From contig CAXREY010000038.1 of NCBI GenBank assembly GCA_964229845.1, positions 3,317 to 67,316 of the forward strand: DNA of 64,000 nt. Reading direction: 5' to 3'. The position numbers and the translations under genes are program-made. Below, one piece after another: positions 61,132-64,000 of this stretch. The notes below the pieces were generated by a model. It was not told the DNA's origin. It saw only the letters and a program-made list of their open reading frames with translations, and did not search any database. The stretch is from Phycisphaerales bacterium UBA1924. GTDB taxonomy: Bacteria > Planctomycetota > Phycisphaerae > Phycisphaerales > UBA1924. Each line of letters opens with the position of its first letter. The stretch's first letter is position 1.

Positions 61132-62148
61132 TTACTGCATCGAGTTGATGTCGCTTGCGCCGAGGCGCTGGGCGATTGTCGGGAGCAGGTAGGACTGCCC
61201 GCGGTAGCTGTAGACTCGGCCTGAGACGAGGAACCGGGCCGCGTCGCCCTGATCCATCGCCCACTGCTCCATCCGCATCAGCGCTCGGCACGGAAGAACG
61301 ACGAGCGAGGCGTTCTCGGTGTTCGTGGGATCATCGTTGTCGAAGATCAGCGACCATGCGCCCTGGGCGTTGCGGATCAGGCGGGCGGGGCGGCGGAGCA
61401 GCAGCGTGCCCTCCTCCGGCCCAACGACCGTGGACCCCGTGCGCTGCTGGGGTGTGCGGGGCAGGGCCTCGAGCCGGTCTCGGAGCGGGTCCGAGTCGTC
61501 CGTGGGATCGGTGGGGTCCGGGCGGTCGAGCTCGCGGAGCAGGTCCTGCACTTCCGGATCGTCCTCGATCTCACGCTCTGGTTCTTGTGTCGTGGCCGGG
61601 TCGGATTCGGGCTGCTGCGGCTCGGCGGGTTTCTCACGCACGAGCCGGTAATCGCTCACAAGGAGCATGTTTCGGTTGTGGTACGTGAGGATCTCGCCCG
61701 AGAGCACCACGCGTTGCTCGCTCCATTCTTCCTGCAGGCGCTCGAGTGCTCGCGAGGGGAGCAGGATGACGGCGCCCTCGCCGGGCTCACGCTCACCGCG
61801 GTCCGGCACGAAGATGATCTGCCCGCTGGGCGCCTCGACGAGGTCGCCGAGGCGGGCGCTGATAAAGGCACCCTCCGCGAGCATGGAGGGGGTGAGCTTG
61901 GTCTCGAGCGTCTCGTTGAGCACGTCGAGCCAGTCGGGACCCTCGCCCAGCCCGGGCTGGACCGCCTGCGAGACGGCCGCCGTGGTCGGCTGCACCGGCG
62001 TCTGATTGGTGCCGACCCGTGGGAGGATCGAGCGTGCTTCCTCCACCCGCTCGGCGCTGCCCGGCTGATCCTGCGCCAGGCACTGCGGGGTCAGCCCCGC
62101 GATGAGCATCAGGATGATCGGCTTGGACGTGATGGGGGCTCGGTTCAT
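61132..62148 (-). CDS. Secreted hypothetical protein with an internal duplication
   Basis: Signal PIILMLIAGLTPQCLAQ. Two related modules of about 85 aa (EGAFISARLG...LLPSRALERLQEEW...VLSGEILTYHNRNMLL and EGTLLLRRPA...VLPCRALMRMEQWA...LVSGRVYSYRGQSYLL). Confidence 0.6.
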   Translation of the reverse strand: MNRAPITSKPIILMLIAGLTPQCLAQDQPGSAERVEEARSILPRVGTNQTPVQPTTAAVSQAVQPGLGEGPDWLDVLNETLETKLTPSMLAEGAFISARLGDLVEAPSGQIIFVPDRGEREPGEGAVILLPSRALERLQEEWSEQRVVLSGEILTYHNRNMLLVSDYRLVREKPAEPQQPESDPATTQEPEREIEDDPEVQDLLRELDRPDPTDPTDDSDPLRDRLEALPRTPQQRTGSTVVGPEEGTLLLRRPARLIRNAQGAWSLIFDNDDPTNTENASLVVLPCRALMRMEQWAMDQGDAARFLVSGRVYSYRGQSYLLPTIAQRLGASDINSMQ

Positions 62149-62287
62149 ACTCTAGGGTATCGGCTCGGGGCGCCCTGTGTGTTCTCGATCGCGGTTCTTC
62201 GTGCGATAGGGACGGTTTTTGATGTGCCCGTGTTGATCTTTTCGGCGATGGGTTGTAGGGTCACCCCTGCCCGAGTGGGCGAAGGTC

Positions 62288-62372
62288 GGCCGTGTGCCCG
62301 AGTGGTCTAAGGGAGCGGATTGCAAATCCGCTGTGCGAAAGCCAATCGTGGGTTCGAATCCCACCGCGGCCT
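62288..62372 (+). tRNA. 85-nt tRNA with anticodon GCA (Cys), discriminator T and a 16-nt variable region
   Basis: Hand fold: acceptor GGCCGTG/CGCGGCC; D arm CCC-gagtggtctaa-GGG; anticodon arm GCGGA-ttGCAaa-TCCGC; variable region tgtgcgaaagccaatc; T arm GTGGG-ttcgaat-CCCAC; then T. No encoded CCA. Confidence 0.75.
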
Positions 62373-62382
62373 TTACGAACAG

Positions 62383-62414
62383 AACCGATCCGCATCGACG
62401 CGGATCGGTTTTTT
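62383..62414 (+). terminator. Rho-independent terminator after the tRNA
   Basis: AACCGATCCGC-atcgac-GCGGATCGGTT followed by a TTTT run. Confidence 0.8.
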
Positions 62415-62440
62415 CGTGCGCGCTGTTGTAGGATCAGGGC

Positions 62441-63490
62441 ATGAGTAACGACGCAGCGCAGCCGATGACCGCCGACCAGGTGCAGCAGGCCTCCACCCGA
62501 TTCCGTGAAGATTTCGAGGCGGTGCGGTCGCAGGTCGGGCGGGCCGTGGTCGGTCAACGCGAGGTCATCGAGCAGACGCTGGTGTGCCTGTTCGTTGGCG
62601 GGCATGCGCTGCTCGAGGGTGTGCCCGGCATCGGCAAGACGCTGCTGGTGCGGAGCATCTCCGAGGCGGTGGACCTGAGCTTCGGTCGCGTGCAGTTCAC
62701 GCCGGACCTGATGCCGGCGGATATCACCGGGACGACGGTGATCGACGAGTCCGAGGGCGACGACGGGCGGATGCACCGGACGTTCCGGTTCCAGCCCGGG
62801 CCGGTGTTCTCACAGATCCTGCTGGCCGACGAGATCAACCGCGCGACGCCAAAGACGCAGTCGGCGCTGCTGGAGGCGATGCAGGAGCGGAGCGTGACGG
62901 TGGGGGGGACGACGCACGCGCTGCCCGAGCCGTTCTTCGTGCTCGCGACCCAGAACCCGGTGGAGCAGGAGGGCACCTACCCGCTGCCCGAGGCGCAGCT
63001 GGACCGGTTCTTCTTCAAGCTGCAGGTCGGCTACGCGTCGCGTGAGGAGCTCTCGGAGATCGTGATCCGCACGACCGGCGCGACGAGCGACCCCATCGAG
63101 AAGGTGCTGGACACGGATCGGCTGATCGGGCACCAGAAGCTGGTGCGGATGGTCCCGGTTTCGGACCACGTGCGCGATTATGCGATCCGCTGCGTGCTGG
63201 CGACGCACCCGAAGGGGGCATTGTCCGACGGCCAGTTCGCGACGCCGATGGTGAACCGGTTCGTGTCGCTGGGCGCATCGCCTCGTGCGGCCCAGTCGCT
63301 GATGCTCGGGGGCAAGTGCATGGCGCTGCTCGATGGGCGCGCGAGCGTGTCGATCGAGGATATCCAGAGCGTTGCGCTGCCGGCGCTGCGCCACCGCGTG
63401 CTGCTGAACTTCGAGGCGAGTGCGGAGCAGGTGGACACGGACCAGATCGTGAAGAACATCGTCGAGACGCTGCCGCGCGATGCGGGGTAA
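62441..63490 (+). CDS. MoxR-family AAA+ ATPase
   Basis: VVGQREVIEQTLVCLFVGGHALLEGVPGIGKTLL, RVQFTPDLMPADITGT, ILLADEINRATPKTQSALLEAMQE. Confidence 0.9.
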   Translation: MSNDAAQPMTADQVQQASTRFREDFEAVRSQVGRAVVGQREVIEQTLVCLFVGGHALLEGVPGIGKTLLVRSISEAVDLSFGRVQFTPDLMPADITGTTVIDESEGDDGRMHRTFRFQPGPVFSQILLADEINRATPKTQSALLEAMQERSVTVGGTTHALPEPFFVLATQNPVEQEGTYPLPEAQLDRFFFKLQVGYASREELSEIVIRTTGATSDPIEKVLDTDRLIGHQKLVRMVPVSDHVRDYAIRCVLATHPKGALSDGQFATPMVNRFVSLGASPRAAQSLMLGGKCMALLDGRASVSIEDIQSVALPALRHRVLLNFEASAEQVDTDQIVKNIVETLPRDAG

Positions 63491-63495
63491 GAGTT

Positions 63496-64000
63496 TCAGA
63501 ACGAGTAGGGGTCGTCGATCAGCCCGCGCCGGCGTTTGCGCGTTGGGGCCGGATGTCCGACGGCCTTGCCGCACGCGTCGGCGAGCGCCATGAGGAACTT
63601 CTCGTGCTCGGGGCAGGCGTCGAGGCGGTCGAGGAAGTCGTCCACGATCCACGCGGGCGGGTCGTCGGGATCTGCGGCACCGAGGGCGTCGCGGATCGCC
63701 TGATCGCCCAGTGCTTCGGCGGCGTGGCTGAACCACTCGGGGTTCGGCGTGTCATCCTTGGGCGGGTCGATGCGGATGCGGACGACGCGCTCGGCGACGC
63801 CGACGATCGGCCACTGGTTTTTGGAGGTCGTGGGCTCGCGAGTGAGCACGAACGGGGCGATCCCCGCGTCGTTGGCGGCGTGGCGGAAGCGGAGCGCGTC
63901 GGCACCCACGAAGTTCGGCGCGAAGAGGAAGCATTCGCTGGCGGGTGTTTCGGGGATATCGGTGGACTTGGAGATGGTGTGGATGACGCCCTTCTCGAGC
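63496..64000 (-). CDS. Hypothetical protein, 5-prime end outside the window
   Basis: The frame of ORF 63496..63909 stays open upstream to the window edge (LEKGVIHTISKSTDIPETPASECFLFAPNFVGADALRF...). GC3-rich. No family recognised. Confidence 0.45.
   Translation of the reverse strand, partial: LEKGVIHTISKSTDIPETPASECFLFAPNFVGADALRFRHAANDAGIAPFVLTREPTTSKNQWPIVGVAERVVRIRIDPPKDDTPNPEWFSHAAEALGDQAIRDALGAADPDDPPAWIVDDFLDRLDACPEHEKFLMALADACGKAVGHPAPTRKRRRGLIDDPYSF

Overview
High-GC bacterial chromosomal segment. All G+C statements are by-eye impressions; nothing was computed. The gene content suggests Planctomycetota, possibly Phycisphaerae-like, but this is inference only: M56 BlaR1-like sensor, ECF sigma with a small membrane partner, LVIVD and FG-GAP-like beta-propellers ending in a Gly-Cys-Pro dockerin-like module, a PA14/DUF1080 giant protein, a secreted ankyrin protein and a sulfotransferase. 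I can support about 55 protein genes. Housekeeping genes include parA-like, murJ, pckA, gyrB, rarA, plsC-like, ruvX, ruvA, a manC-like gene, comM/yifB, nuoH and a MoxR ATPase. There are two tRNA genes: tRNA-His(GTG) and an unusual 85-nt tRNA with anticodon GCA. Several intrinsic terminators are visible. I saw no rRNA, CRISPR array, transposase, integrase or phage genes. Many long ORFs in the supplied track are alternate-frame or antisense artefacts typical of high-GC DNA (Arg/Pro/His-rich), and I rejected them. The most noteworthy items are listed here. (1) A hybrid histidine kinase followed by two tandem PilZ-REC-HPt-like paralogues in which the HPt phospho-histidine position appears to be Arg. 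(2) Three secreted beta-propeller proteins within 7 kb that share a C-terminal double dockerin-like module ending in GCP. (3) Two families of dispersed palindromic (REP-like) elements; one copy is bracketed by direct GCACCCGG repeats inside a 234-bp tandem duplication. (4) The class-II-like tRNA with a Cys anticodon. (5) Heptanucleotide tandem repeats. (6) An entericidin-like lipoprotein ORF missing from the ORF track. (7) A more A/T-rich island of orphan genes next to gyrB. Start codons, hairpin limits and domain calls were made by eye, without HMM, BLAST or folding tools.
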